From: an uncultured delta proteobacterium
GTDB taxonomy: Bacteria > Myxococcota_A > UBA9160 > UBA4427
Length of the DNA: 64,000 nucleotides
Direction of reading: 5' to 3'
NCBI GenBank assembly: GCA_963822965.1
Contig: CAWGJT010000009.1
Span: 128,001 to 192,000, forward strand
Below the pieces are notes generated by a model. That model was not told the origin of the DNA. It ran no database searches and worked only from the letters and a program-made list of their open reading frames with translations. A program made the position numbers and the translations under genes. Positions 10,833-19,950 of the stretch are shown piece by piece; the stretch's first letter is position 1, and the number at the start of each line of letters is the position of its first letter.

Positions 10833-12261
10833 ATGGCGCCGACCGACACGCTGCACAGCGTCTCACCCGCCGATCCCCGGGACGAGATCGGCGCCTTCCC
10901 CGTGGCCGACGAGGCGGCGGTGGACGCCGCCGTCGCGCGGGCACGGGCGGCCTTCGCGGGCTGGCGCGATCTCGGCTTCGAAGCCCGGGCCGCCATCCTG
11001 CGCCGCTTCCGCGATCTCGCCGCCGAGCGCGGCGAGGAGCTGGCCCGACTCGTCGCCCGGGAGGTGGGCAAGGCGCTGTGGGACGCGCGCGGCGAGGCGC
11101 GGCTCGTTCCCGCGAAGGTCGACGTGACCCTCGACGCCGGCATGCGCGCCGTCGCCACGATGGAGGCCGGCCCCGGCGCGCGCGCCACCTTCCACCCGCG
11201 CGGCGTGCTGGCGGTGCTGGGCCCGTTCAACTTCCCCGCGCACCTTCCCAACGGCCACCTGGTGCCCGCGCTGGCCACGGGCAACACGGTGGTCTTCAAG
11301 CCCAGCGACCTCGCCCCCGCCGTGGGCGCCTGGCTGGGCGCCTGCCTGCGCGAGGCGGGCGTGCCCCCGGGCGTCTTCGAGGTGGTGCAGGGCGGCGCCG
11401 CCACCGGCCACGCCCTGGCCGTCCATCCCGACGTGGACGGCGTCCTCTTCACGGGCTCGTACGCGGTGGGGCGCGCCCTCGAGGAGGCCACCCTCGACCA
11501 GCCGGGCAAGATCCTGGCCCTCGAGATGGGCGGCAAGAACGCCGTCGTGGTGCTCGACGACGCCGACCTCGAGCTGGCGGTGGCGGAGACCGCCGTCTCC
11601 ATCTGCGCCACCACCGGACAGCGCTGCTCGTGCGCGAGCCGGCTCTTCGTCCACGAGGGCGTCATCGACGCCTTCGCCGAGCGGCTCGCCGCGGTGCTGC
11701 GCGGCGTGAAGGTGGGGATGCCCCTGGACGAGGACGTCTTCATGGGGCCCCTGGTGTCTCGACGCGCGTTCGAGAAGGTGCAGGGGATGCTCGCACCCGA
11801 GGCCCTGGGCGCCGGCGAGCGGGTGGTCTCGGTGGATCCCGGCAGGCCCGCGCCGTGGGTGGGGCCCGGGCTCGTTCGCTATGCGACGAGCGAGCAGCGA
11901 GCCCCCTACCAGCGCGAGGAGATCTTCGGCCCCGAGGCGGCGCTGCATCCGGTCCGTGATCTCGACGAGGCGATCGCCGCCGTCAACGACTCGGACTACG
12001 GACTGGTGGCGTCGGTGTTCACCCGCGACCGCACGCCGCTACGACCACGCCGTGGGGCGCATCCGCACGGGGCTCCTCAACTGGAACCGCGGAACCATCG
12101 GCGCCAGCGGCAAGCTCCCCTTCGGCGGGCTCGGCCGGAGCGGCAACGACCGGCCGGCGGGCATCAGCGCCAGCGTCTACTGCACGGTGCCCCAGTCCCA
12201 CCTGGAGAACGAGGCGGCCTTCGATCCGAAGAGCCTGCCGCCCGGGATGCCGAAGCCGTGA
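10833..12261 (+). CDS. astD: succinylglutamate-semialdehyde dehydrogenase (one frameshift near 12034)
   Basis: GPFNFPAHLPNGH, FKPS, FTGS, LALEMGGKN, GQRCSCASR, EEIFGP; the C-terminus (NWNRGTIGASGKLPFGGLGRSGNDRP) continues in another frame. Confidence 0.9.
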
Positions 12262-13248
12262 GCCCTTCCGCCGACCGTGGGCTCGAGGCGAGCGGCGCCC
12301 GGCGCACCATCCTGATGGGCGACCCGAGCCACTTCAGCGTGAAGGGCGGCGCGAACCCCCACACGCGCACGCGCTGGGGAACCCGCCGCCAGGTGGACCG
12401 CGAGCTCGCCATCCGGCAGTGGCACCGGCTGAAGGACACCCTCGAAGACCTGGGCGTGCGCGTGATCGTGGTGCCGCCGGACCCCGACTGGCCCGGCCTC
12501 GTCTACCCCGCGAACGCGGGCTTCCAGAGCCACGTGGACCGGCCGGAGCCCCGGAGCGACAAGCTCTTCACCCTGGCGAACCTGCTGCCCACGCGCGCCG
12601 GCGAGAAGGCCCACTACCGCGCCGTGCTGGCCGAGCACGGCTTTCCCTCCTCCGAGATCGACTCGAAGTACCGCTTCGAGGGCGAGGCGGACTTCTTCCC
12701 GGCGGGCGACGTCTACCTGCTCACCCACGGCACGGTCGTGCAGCCAGCGCTTCGTGCCCGACCTTCGGCATCCCGCCCTGGAAGCGCGTCTACGGCTTCC
12801 GCACGGACGTGGCAGTCGAGGACGTGCTCGCCCCGATGGTGGCGCCCGATGCCGATCGTGAAGATCGGCCTCACCCTCGAGGCCCACTACCACGGCGACA
12901 CCGTGCTGTGCGCCTTCGGCCCCGGCCGCCGCTACCTGCTGGGCTACCGCCGCGGCGTCGACCCGGGCGACTGGAAGACGCTCGAAGACCGCTTCGGCGA
13001 GAGCCTCATCGCCCTCTCCGAGCCCGACGCCCGGCAGCTACGCGGCCAACTCGTTCACCTACACCACCGGGAGCGAATCGATCCTCGTCCTGCCCGCCGG
13101 CGTCTCCGACACCCTCCTCGCCCAGATCGCCGAGCGCGGCGTCCGCCCCCTCACCGTCGACGTCTCCGAGTTCCTCAAGAAGGGAGGCGGAAGCGTGAAG
13201 TGCATGATCGGGGATCTGGGGTGTGTCGCGGAGGAGCGGTCGGCATGA
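12258..13248 (+). CDS. amidinotransferase/DDAH-fold guanidino hydrolase (ArgZ N-terminal-like), several frameshifts
   Basis: LMGDPSHFSV..ANPH, LAIRQW, VYPANAG, FEGEAD, YHGDT, YAANSF, EFLKKGGGSVKCM found across frames. Confidence 0.8.
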
Positions 13249-13272
13249 CCGCCGGGCGCGGCTTCACCCGGG

Positions 13273-13389
13273 CAGGACGAGGCCCGCTCCGCACCGGTGG
13301 CCAAGGCCCTGTTGGACAACGAGGACAAGATCGTCGCCGAGCTCGAGAGCGTGCAGGAGCAGCCGATGGACATCGGCGGCTACTACCGA
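13273..13389 (+). pseudogene. icd: 3' fragment of monomeric NADP-isocitrate dehydrogenase
   Basis: APVAKALLDNEDKIVAELESVQEQPMDIGGYYR resembles the monomeric IDH C-terminal segment; the rest of the gene is absent. Confidence 0.7.
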
Positions 13390-13627
13390 CGACGCAGGTC
13401 GCGGCGGGCAGGCGCAGACTGGTACCGCACTGCGGACAGCGAAGCGCGTCGCGGTGAATCTTCGATTCACAAGCGCTTGGCCAGCGTAGCTGGCCCGCGA
13501 TCTCGAATGCGCGTCTCGAGAGCTCTGCCCAGCGGATCCGGTACGCGCGAGCCTGCTCCTCGTCCCTGCGATCAGCGCTCCTCGCCGGGCTTCCCGGTCT
13601 CCGGTTCGGATCCGCCCGGCCCACCCC

Positions 13628-15376
13628 CTACGGGCACGACGGCGGAGACCACGGCGGCGGATTGCCCGAGAGGAGCTCGATCAAGGAGAAGAACGTCGCA
13701 GAGATCGAGTTGTCCTCGTAGCAGTTGCCGTGGTCGTCGGGCAGGGTGACGAGCGTGAGGTCAGCCGCCGCGAAGGAGAACGGGTGCGGCACCGGATCCG
13801 TCCCGTTGTCGATGAGCTCGTTCTCCACGACGCGGTTGTTCTCGGCGGTCTGATCCGGCAGGAACCCCGGCTTGAGCGTGTTGGGATCGCAGCCCTGCTG
13901 CCCGGCTTCCTGGCAACATTGCTGCGGCGTCCCCGCGACGCTCACGCAATAGTCGACGATGGCAACCCCGCTGAAGTCGTTGCCCTCGATGTGGTTTCTC
14001 GTGATCAGCGAGTTGTCCACCGCCTGGTAGAAGATCCCGATCCCGGAAGGCAGGTTGGAGAGAGCGGAGCCCGGCCGGGACGTGTTCTCCCGATTGTTGT
14101 CGACGACCAGGTTGTCACGAAGATTGATGCGGTTGGCGCCTTGCCGCTCGTCGAATTCGCTTCCCGGTAGCATGAGGATGGACATGCCGACGGTGTTCTG
14201 CCGCGTCACGTTGTGCACGACCTCGACGTCGTCGCTGTTCGAGATCTCGAACCCATTCACGTTGTCTTCGGCGATGCTGTGCGTGACCAGGACGTTCTCG
14301 GAGCTCTGCACCCAGATCCCGCTGTCCAGGTCGGAGCCCGTGGCGCGGCTGTGGCTGATCAACCCGTTCCTCGAGAGGGTCGGGAAGATCCCGTAGTTCC
14401 GGTTGTCGATGGACTCGACGTCGATGATCTTGTAGCCGTCGACGCGCTGGGTGAAGAGCCCGTTGTTGTCGAAGCCGCGAATCGTGATGCCGCGAATCTC
14501 GATGTCGTAGAGCAGCGGCTCCATGTCCCCCGAGCGGGGCCCCACGCCGGGAAGCAGCGGGAACGGCGGAGCCATGCTCTCGTGACAGCTCATGCAGTCC
14601 TTGTCCGCGGGCGGCACGACGACGATGCCGTTGCGCTGATTCCCCGCGTTCTCGAGGACCACGCGCTTGTTGGGCGTGTTCTGCCCGATCAGGCGGATTC
14701 CGCTCTTGGTGATGTTGAGACCGTTGGTCGGGTTCCCGACCTCATGGTACACGCCGGCCAAGACGAAGATCCTCGTGCCCTCCTTCGCTCGATCGATGGC
14801 GGCCTGGATGGATTCGCCCGGCTTCACGACGATGGTGTTCCGCTTGAGCTGGCCCGGGGGAAACTCCTCGTCGTCGCCCGGCGGCGGCGGCGGCGGCGGG
14901 GGGGGCGGCTCGGTTCCATCGGGATCCAGCGGCCCGATGCCCTCCGGAGGCAGCTGGTTCGCCTGGGTCTGTCCCGACCTGAAGTAGTACGTGTTGAACG
15001 CGCCCTCGGTCCAGCCCGGCTGCGTGCCGAGACCGATCTCCATCACGTTGTCGACGCCGGCCTCGTCCGAGTTCAGCAGCTCGACGCAGAAGAACGCCTC
15101 CTCGTTGCTCACGCCACCGCTATTGTCGAAGTCGCAGACGGGATCGTTGAGGGCGCCACCGATGTCCCAGCCGTAGCCGTTCCAGGGATTGCCGCCGTTC
15201 GCGTCGACGTGGCAGAGCTGACATCCGGCGTTGTCGCCGGAGGGCGAGGTGGCGCCGTACCGGGACTGCCAGTCCTGGAGGATCCCGGGGAAGGCGACGG
15301 CCTGCGTGGCCGTGACGACGAGACACGCACCCAGCACGTCGGCGAACAAAGAACGGATGGACAGTCGAGCCTTCAT
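13628..15376 (-). CDS. secreted right-handed parallel beta-helix protein with two CxxCH heme c motifs
   Basis: Signal peptide; CQLCH; poly-Pro linker; IVVKPGESIQAAID; CMSCH; beta-helix repeats (NYGIFPTLS, DSGIWV, NVNGFEISNS); AAGGAG RBS. Confidence 0.85.
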   Translation of the reverse strand: MKARLSIRSLFADVLGACLVVTATQAVAFPGILQDWQSRYGATSPSGDNAGCQLCHVDANGGNPWNGYGWDIGGALNDPVCDFDNSGGVSNEEAFFCVELLNSDEAGVDNVMEIGLGTQPGWTEGAFNTYYFRSGQTQANQLPPEGIGPLDPDGTEPPPPPPPPPPGDDEEFPPGQLKRNTIVVKPGESIQAAIDRAKEGTRIFVLAGVYHEVGNPTNGLNITKSGIRLIGQNTPNKRVVLENAGNQRNGIVVVPPADKDCMSCHESMAPPFPLLPGVGPRSGDMEPLLYDIEIRGITIRGFDNNGLFTQRVDGYKIIDVESIDNRNYGIFPTLSRNGLISHSRATGSDLDSGIWVQSSENVLVTHSIAEDNVNGFEISNSDDVEVVHNVTRQNTVGMSILMLPGSEFDERQGANRINLRDNLVVDNNRENTSRPGSALSNLPSGIGIFYQAVDNSLITRNHIEGNDFSGVAIVDYCVSVAGTPQQCCQEAGQQGCDPNTLKPGFLPDQTAENNRVVENELIDNGTDPVPHPFSFAAADLTLVTLPDDHGNCYEDNSISATFFSLIELLSGNPPPWSPPSCP

Positions 15377-15559
15377 GGCCGTAGACTCCTTCGATCGGCA
15401 GGATTTTCACTATACGCGGCGGGCGAGCGACGGGTCAAGAACGAGGGGCCGTGGGTCGTCGGGATTCATCCGCCTGCTCAAACCTCCGTCGCGGAGCTCC
15501 AGCCCGACGGGGCCGTCAGCTGTAGCGCGATGGTGGAGTCCGCCTACCCGCGGGAGTGC

Positions 15560-15770
15560 CGCGACGGTCGCAGGCCCGTAGGGACTCGCTTCGGAACCTC
15601 GTCCCTCGGGCGAGTCGCGTATCGACAGTGCACCCGGTCGGTGTCGTAGTACTCCACATGTTCCCGGAGCAGGCGCCTCAGGTGGTCCTCGCCGAGCACC
15701 ACCACGCAACCGGGCAGCTCGCAGCGTACGGTCCCTAACAACCGCTCAGCCGTCCCGTTGTACCATGGAC
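15560..15770 (-). mobile_element. degraded integrase-core (rve-type) transposase remnant
   Basis: WYNGTAERLLGTVRCELPGCVVVLGEDHLRRLLREHVEYYDTDRVH resembles the C-terminal integrase core of IS transposases; no intact gene or IRs seen. Confidence 0.7.
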
Positions 15771-15975
15771 CGTGAAAGACGGTTCGCCGGGGATCGATTC
15801 CGAAGCTCGATCGAGGGTTGAAGTGGAGAACGCGACGTCGGGGTCTCTCGTTCGGAGCGGCTTCGGCTCTACCCCGAGACCCCTGGGGAAACCCCGAGGC
15901 GACCCTGCGCGCCGTCCGCAACCTCCGCTACCACACTGACGACTCCGTCTCGGGTCGGCCTCCTGGTGTCCTGAG

Positions 15976-17187
15976 TCAGAAGTTCGCCGGCATTCGGCCG
16001 CCCGTGCGCGCGGAGAGCGTTACCGGCAGGCGCCTCGGGCCGTTGGCCCAGAAGACCGGGACCTTCTCGCGGACGTAGTCGGCGGGCAGCCTCATCTCGG
16101 CGACGTGGTCGAGGAACACCTCGATCGCGACCCGCGCCTCGAGCCTCGCCAGCACCGACCCGGGGCACACGTGGGGCCCCCCGCCGAATGCGAGGTGGTG
16201 CTTCGGGTCGGGTCGGTCGAGCCGGAAGCGGTCGGGATCGTCGTAGTGCGACTCGTCGCGGTTCGCCGAAGCGATCCCGAACGCGACCTTCTCGCCGGCC
16301 CGGATCCGAACGCCGCGGACCTCGGTATCGCGAATGCAGTCGCGCAGCAGCACGGCGGTCGGCGGGTCGAGCCGCAGCGACTCCTCGACCGCGATCGGGA
16401 TCCGGTCCGGGTCGTCCTGCAGCTGCCGGAACAGGCTCGCGTCCTCGGCCATCGTCGCCAACAGGTTGCCGATCAGATTGCGCGTCGTCTCGTTGCCGGC
16501 CACCAGCAGGAACACGACGAGCATGCGGATCTCGGTGTCCGTCAAGGACTCTCCGTCGACCTCGGTGTGGATGAGTCGGGTCACGAAGTCGTCCGGAGGC
16601 TCGGCGGCGGCGCGGCGCTCGCGGATCTGCCGGTCCACATAGCCGGCGAACTCAGGGTGCGCGCCGGAGAAGCCTTCTCCCCGCTCGCTGCGGTTCCGGG
16701 TCGGGTAGTCGCCCTGCACCACGTCCCCCGACCACTGCCCCCACAGACCGAAGTCCGTCGCCGGAACGCCGAGCAGCGTCGCGATCACCGACGTCGGAAG
16801 CGGCATCACGTACTCGTCCATCAGCTCGCCGCCGCCCCTGGCCATCACCTTCTGTAGGAGATCCGTGCACAGCGCTCGCGCGAAGGGCTCGACTCGAGCC
16901 AGCCGATGTGCCGCGATCGCCGAGTTCACGATCCGGCGGATCTTGCCATGTCGCGGCTCGGCGATCTCGCTGATGAGCTGCTCCTCGTCGGGCACCACCA
17001 CCCCGGGATCGCGAAAGCTCGACTTGAAGCTCTCGACGTCCTTCGTGGCCGCCTGGACGTCGTCGAAGCGCGAGAAGAACCACACCCCGCTGGGTGCCTT
17101 CCAGACGGGCTGCTCCCGGCGCAGGCGCTGGAAGACCTCGTACGGGATGCGCGTCGTGTAGTCGAGGGGATCGCCCCGGCTCGTCAT
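15976..17187 (-). CDS. cytochrome P450
   Basis: AGNETT I-helix, EESLR (ExxR), HLAFGGGPHVCPG heme-binding loop. Confidence 0.95.
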   Translation of the reverse strand: MTSRGDPLDYTTRIPYEVFQRLRREQPVWKAPSGVWFFSRFDDVQAATKDVESFKSSFRDPGVVVPDEEQLISEIAEPRHGKIRRIVNSAIAAHRLARVEPFARALCTDLLQKVMARGGGELMDEYVMPLPTSVIATLLGVPATDFGLWGQWSGDVVQGDYPTRNRSERGEGFSGAHPEFAGYVDRQIRERRAAAEPPDDFVTRLIHTEVDGESLTDTEIRMLVVFLLVAGNETTRNLIGNLLATMAEDASLFRQLQDDPDRIPIAVEESLRLDPPTAVLLRDCIRDTEVRGVRIRAGEKVAFGIASANRDESHYDDPDRFRLDRPDPKHHLAFGGGPHVCPGSVLARLEARVAIEVFLDHVAEMRLPADYVREKVPVFWANGPRRLPVTLSARTGGRMPANF

Positions 17188-17233
17188 CCGCTCATGATAG
17201 TCTGGAAGATGGCCCTTCTGGTAGGATCCCGGG

Positions 17234-18034
17234 ATGGGCCGAGCCAACTGCTGGAAGGACGACGCGGAGTACGACTTCGGGGCGCTCGTCGCCTCGCTGA
17301 ACCGGTACCTGCGCCTCAAGGCCACGCCGGTGGGGATGAAGCGCTTCCGCGACGTGAGCGAGCTGGAAGCCATCCCCCGACTTCGCCGGCCGCCCGAAGG
17401 CGAGAAGCTCGCGACCGACCAGATCGTGGGACAGGCGCGTTGGCTCGGGTACACCATCGGGATCACCATGGAGAACCTGGTCGGCGCGCAGTGCGGGGCC
17501 GTCGTCGGCCTGCACCCGAGAGACGAGAGCTTCCTGAGCGGCGAGAACTTCAACGGCGTCTGGTACGGCGACCTCGAGAGCAGCGCCAGCCACCAACGAG
17601 AGATGTCCTGCGCCCCCTACGGCGACTACCAAGCCCTGGTCGTCTCGCCGCTCACCGCGGGTCGCATCGACAACCCCGACATCTGTCTCATCTACGCAAC
17701 GCCGGGGCAGATGATCACCCTGATGAACGGGCTGCAGTACCGCAACTACAAGAAGTACACCTTCACCTGCGTCGGGGAGAGCGCCTGCGCCGACTCCTGG
17801 GGCAATGCGCTCCGCACCGGCGAGCCCTCGCTCTCGATCCCGTGTTATGCCGAGCGGAAGTTCGGCGGCGTGCAGGACGACGAGCTGCTCATCGCGCTTC
17901 CCCCGAGCTACCTGCCGCAGATCGCGACGGGACTCGAGGCGCTCAGCAAGAACGGGCTTCGCTACCCCATCCCGAATCATGGCCTCGACAAGTCCCCGAT
18001 CGCCAGCCTGGCGCAGAGCTACGGCAAGCGATAG
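17234..18034 (+). CDS. DUF169 family protein
   Basis: PVGMK, PDICLIYATPGQM, SACADSW, SIPCYAERKFGGVQDDELLIALP. Confidence 0.8.
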   Translation: MGRANCWKDDAEYDFGALVASLNRYLRLKATPVGMKRFRDVSELEAIPRLRRPPEGEKLATDQIVGQARWLGYTIGITMENLVGAQCGAVVGLHPRDESFLSGENFNGVWYGDLESSASHQREMSCAPYGDYQALVVSPLTAGRIDNPDICLIYATPGQMITLMNGLQYRNYKKYTFTCVGESACADSWGNALRTGEPSLSIPCYAERKFGGVQDDELLIALPPSYLPQIATGLEALSKNGLRYPIPNHGLDKSPIASLAQSYGKR

Positions 18035-18037
18035 CCC

Positions 18038-19231
18038 GTGAGCGTCCGTCTCGAGGTCACGCTCGAGGAGCTTCGCCGGCGGCGGGGCGTGAAGTGGACC
18101 TCCTTCCCGCCGGACGTCCTGCCCGCCTGGGTGGCCGACATGGACTTCCCCATCGCCGCGCCCATTCGGGAGGCGATTCGCGGCGTCCTCGAGCGGGACG
18201 ATGGTGGCTATTCGGGGGCACCCGCCCTGAAGGCGCTGGGCACGGCCTTCGCGAAGCGCATGAGCGACCGCTTCGGCTGGCAGCCCGAGCCACCGATGGC
18301 GCAACCCACCGGTGACCTCATCCAGGCGATGATCGCCAGCGTGGCGACCTTCTGCGCTCCCGGTGAGGGCGTCGTCATCCAGACGCCCATCTACTACCCG
18401 TTCCTCCAGATCGTGGACATGCTGGGGCGCCGCCTGGTCGACAACCCCCTGGTCCTCGGCGCCGATCGCTACGAGATGGACCTCGACGGCCTCCGGGACG
18501 CGATCGACGAGGGGACCCGCCTCGTTCTGTTCTGCAACCCCCACAACCCGACGGGTCGGGTCTTCGAACGCCACGAGCTCGAGGGACTGGCGGCCCTGGC
18601 CCTCGAGCACGATCTGATCGTCGTGTCGGACGAGGTCCACGCCGACCTCGCCTACCCGGGCGAGACCCACATCCCGTTCGCGTCACTCGGCCCCGAGATC
18701 GCGCGCCGCACCATCACGCTCACCGCGGCGACGAAGGCCTTCAACATCGCCGGCCTCAAGTGCGCGCTGATCCACTTCGGGTCGAAGGCGCTGCGAGACC
18801 GCCAGGCGGCGGGCTTCGACATCCGCCTCCTCGGGATCCCCAATGTCTTCGGCATCGAGGCCACCCTCGCCGCCTGGCGCGACGGCGAGGAGTGGCTGGA
18901 CGCGGTCGTCCGCCAGCTGGACGCGAACCGCAGTCGCGTCGCGAGCTTCCTCGACGAGAAGCTTCCCCGGATCGGCTTCCATCCGCCTGAAGCCAGCTAC
19001 CTCGCCTGGCTCGATTGCGGCGCGCTCGGGCTTCCCGCGCGACCGTACGACTTCTTCCTCTCCCGGGCCCGCGTCGCGACGAGCGACGGAAAGGACTTCA
19101 GCAGGGGCCGCAGCGATCAGTTCGTCCGGCTGAACTTCGCGACCGCGCCCGTCATCCTGGACGAGATCCTCGAACGGATGCGGGCGGCCGTCGAAGGCCG
19201 CCCGCCGGACCCTCCCGAGCTCGCATCCTGA
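18038..19231 (+). CDS. MalY/PatB family PLP-dependent C-S lyase/aminotransferase
   Basis: VKW, LPAWVADMDF, CNPHNPTGRV, SDEVHADL, TKAFNIAGLK, YLAWLD, VRLNFAT. Confidence 0.93.
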   Translation: MSVRLEVTLEELRRRRGVKWTSFPPDVLPAWVADMDFPIAAPIREAIRGVLERDDGGYSGAPALKALGTAFAKRMSDRFGWQPEPPMAQPTGDLIQAMIASVATFCAPGEGVVIQTPIYYPFLQIVDMLGRRLVDNPLVLGADRYEMDLDGLRDAIDEGTRLVLFCNPHNPTGRVFERHELEGLAALALEHDLIVVSDEVHADLAYPGETHIPFASLGPEIARRTITLTAATKAFNIAGLKCALIHFGSKALRDRQAAGFDIRLLGIPNVFGIEATLAAWRDGEEWLDAVVRQLDANRSRVASFLDEKLPRIGFHPPEASYLAWLDCGALGLPARPYDFFLSRARVATSDGKDFSRGRSDQFVRLNFATAPVILDEILERMRAAVEGRPPDPPELAS

Positions 19232-19266
19232 GCCTTGCCCCGGGGAGGCCGCGGGCGCCTCTCCGC

Positions 19267-19465
19267 TCAATTCCCCGCTCGCTCGAGGCGCTGCCGGATC
19301 TCCGCCATGGTGGCGAAGGTGGTCTTGAGCTCTTCGCTCGTCAGGCCGCGAACGAAGTCCTCGGCCCAGACGTTGTGTCGCCGGTAGACCTCCTCGAGGG
19401 CCGTGAAGCCCTTGTCGCTCAGCTCGACGAGCTTGGCCCGGCGGTGGTTCGGGTTGGTCCTGAGG
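19267..19465 (-). pseudogene. MarR-family regulator, C-terminal half only
   Basis: NPNHRRAKLVELSDKG wing motif and C-terminal helices; no N-terminal HTH. Confidence 0.7.
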
Positions 19466-19469
19466 ACGA

Positions 19470-19690
19470 CGAAGGGAATGCACATCACCCTCGAGCACGG
19501 CGCGTCCTTCGGCCCCTTCATCGCGGGTCCCGATGGCGTCGAACTCTTCGAGGTGATGATGGGCGACCCGCGTTCCTGGCCCGCGAATCCCGAGGGGTTC
19601 GAGAAGCTGCTGAAGGAACGGGGCGCCAGGAAGCTCCCGAACCCGCCCATCGACCTCCCCGACTGGCTCGAAGACACCCGCACTTCCTGA
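19470..19690 (+). pseudogene. cupin-like protein, C-terminal part only
   Basis: GMHITLEHGASFGPFIAGPDGVELFEVMMGDPRSW second cupin-like motif; N-terminus absent. Confidence 0.55.
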
Positions 19691-19788
19691 GGTCGCGGCC
19701 GCCCTCTCGCGCATGATCGTCGACGGCGACTCCCGGCTCGCGGACGAGCGCGCACGGCCCTTGGCGTTGCGCAGCCGAGCCGGGGACT

Positions 19789-19950
19789 CTAGGCGTGCGG
19801 ATCCTTCCGGTGCTCCGGGCAGCCGGGCTTGCCGCGGCAGGCCATGCCGCCCGTGCAGGCGCCACAGCCGCCGCCGCCGCTGCGGCCGCGTTGCGACAGG
19901 CCGAAGACGATGAAGAGCACGGCCAGCAACAGCGGGGCGAGGATCTCCAT
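19789..19950 (-). CDS. 53-aa single-TM, 4-Cys peptide (NqrM-like architecture); not in the ORF track
   Basis: MEILAPLLLAVLFIVFGLSQRGRSGGGGCGACTGGMACRGKPGCPEHRKDPHA; ATG overlaps the rnfA stop (TGATG). Confidence 0.75.
   Translation of the reverse strand: MEILAPLLLAVLFIVFGLSQRGRSGGGGCGACTGGMACRGKPGCPEHRKDPHA

Noticed and set aside
10833..13457. 874-aa ORF suggesting an AstD-amidinotransferase fusion
   Set aside because: Caused by a frameshift near 12034; the true AstD C-terminus ends at 12261 in another frame and overlaps the next gene's GTG.
14878..14910. G-rich run as a G-quadruplex or phase-variation tract
   Set aside because: Encodes the poly-proline linker of the beta-helix protein; frame is intact.
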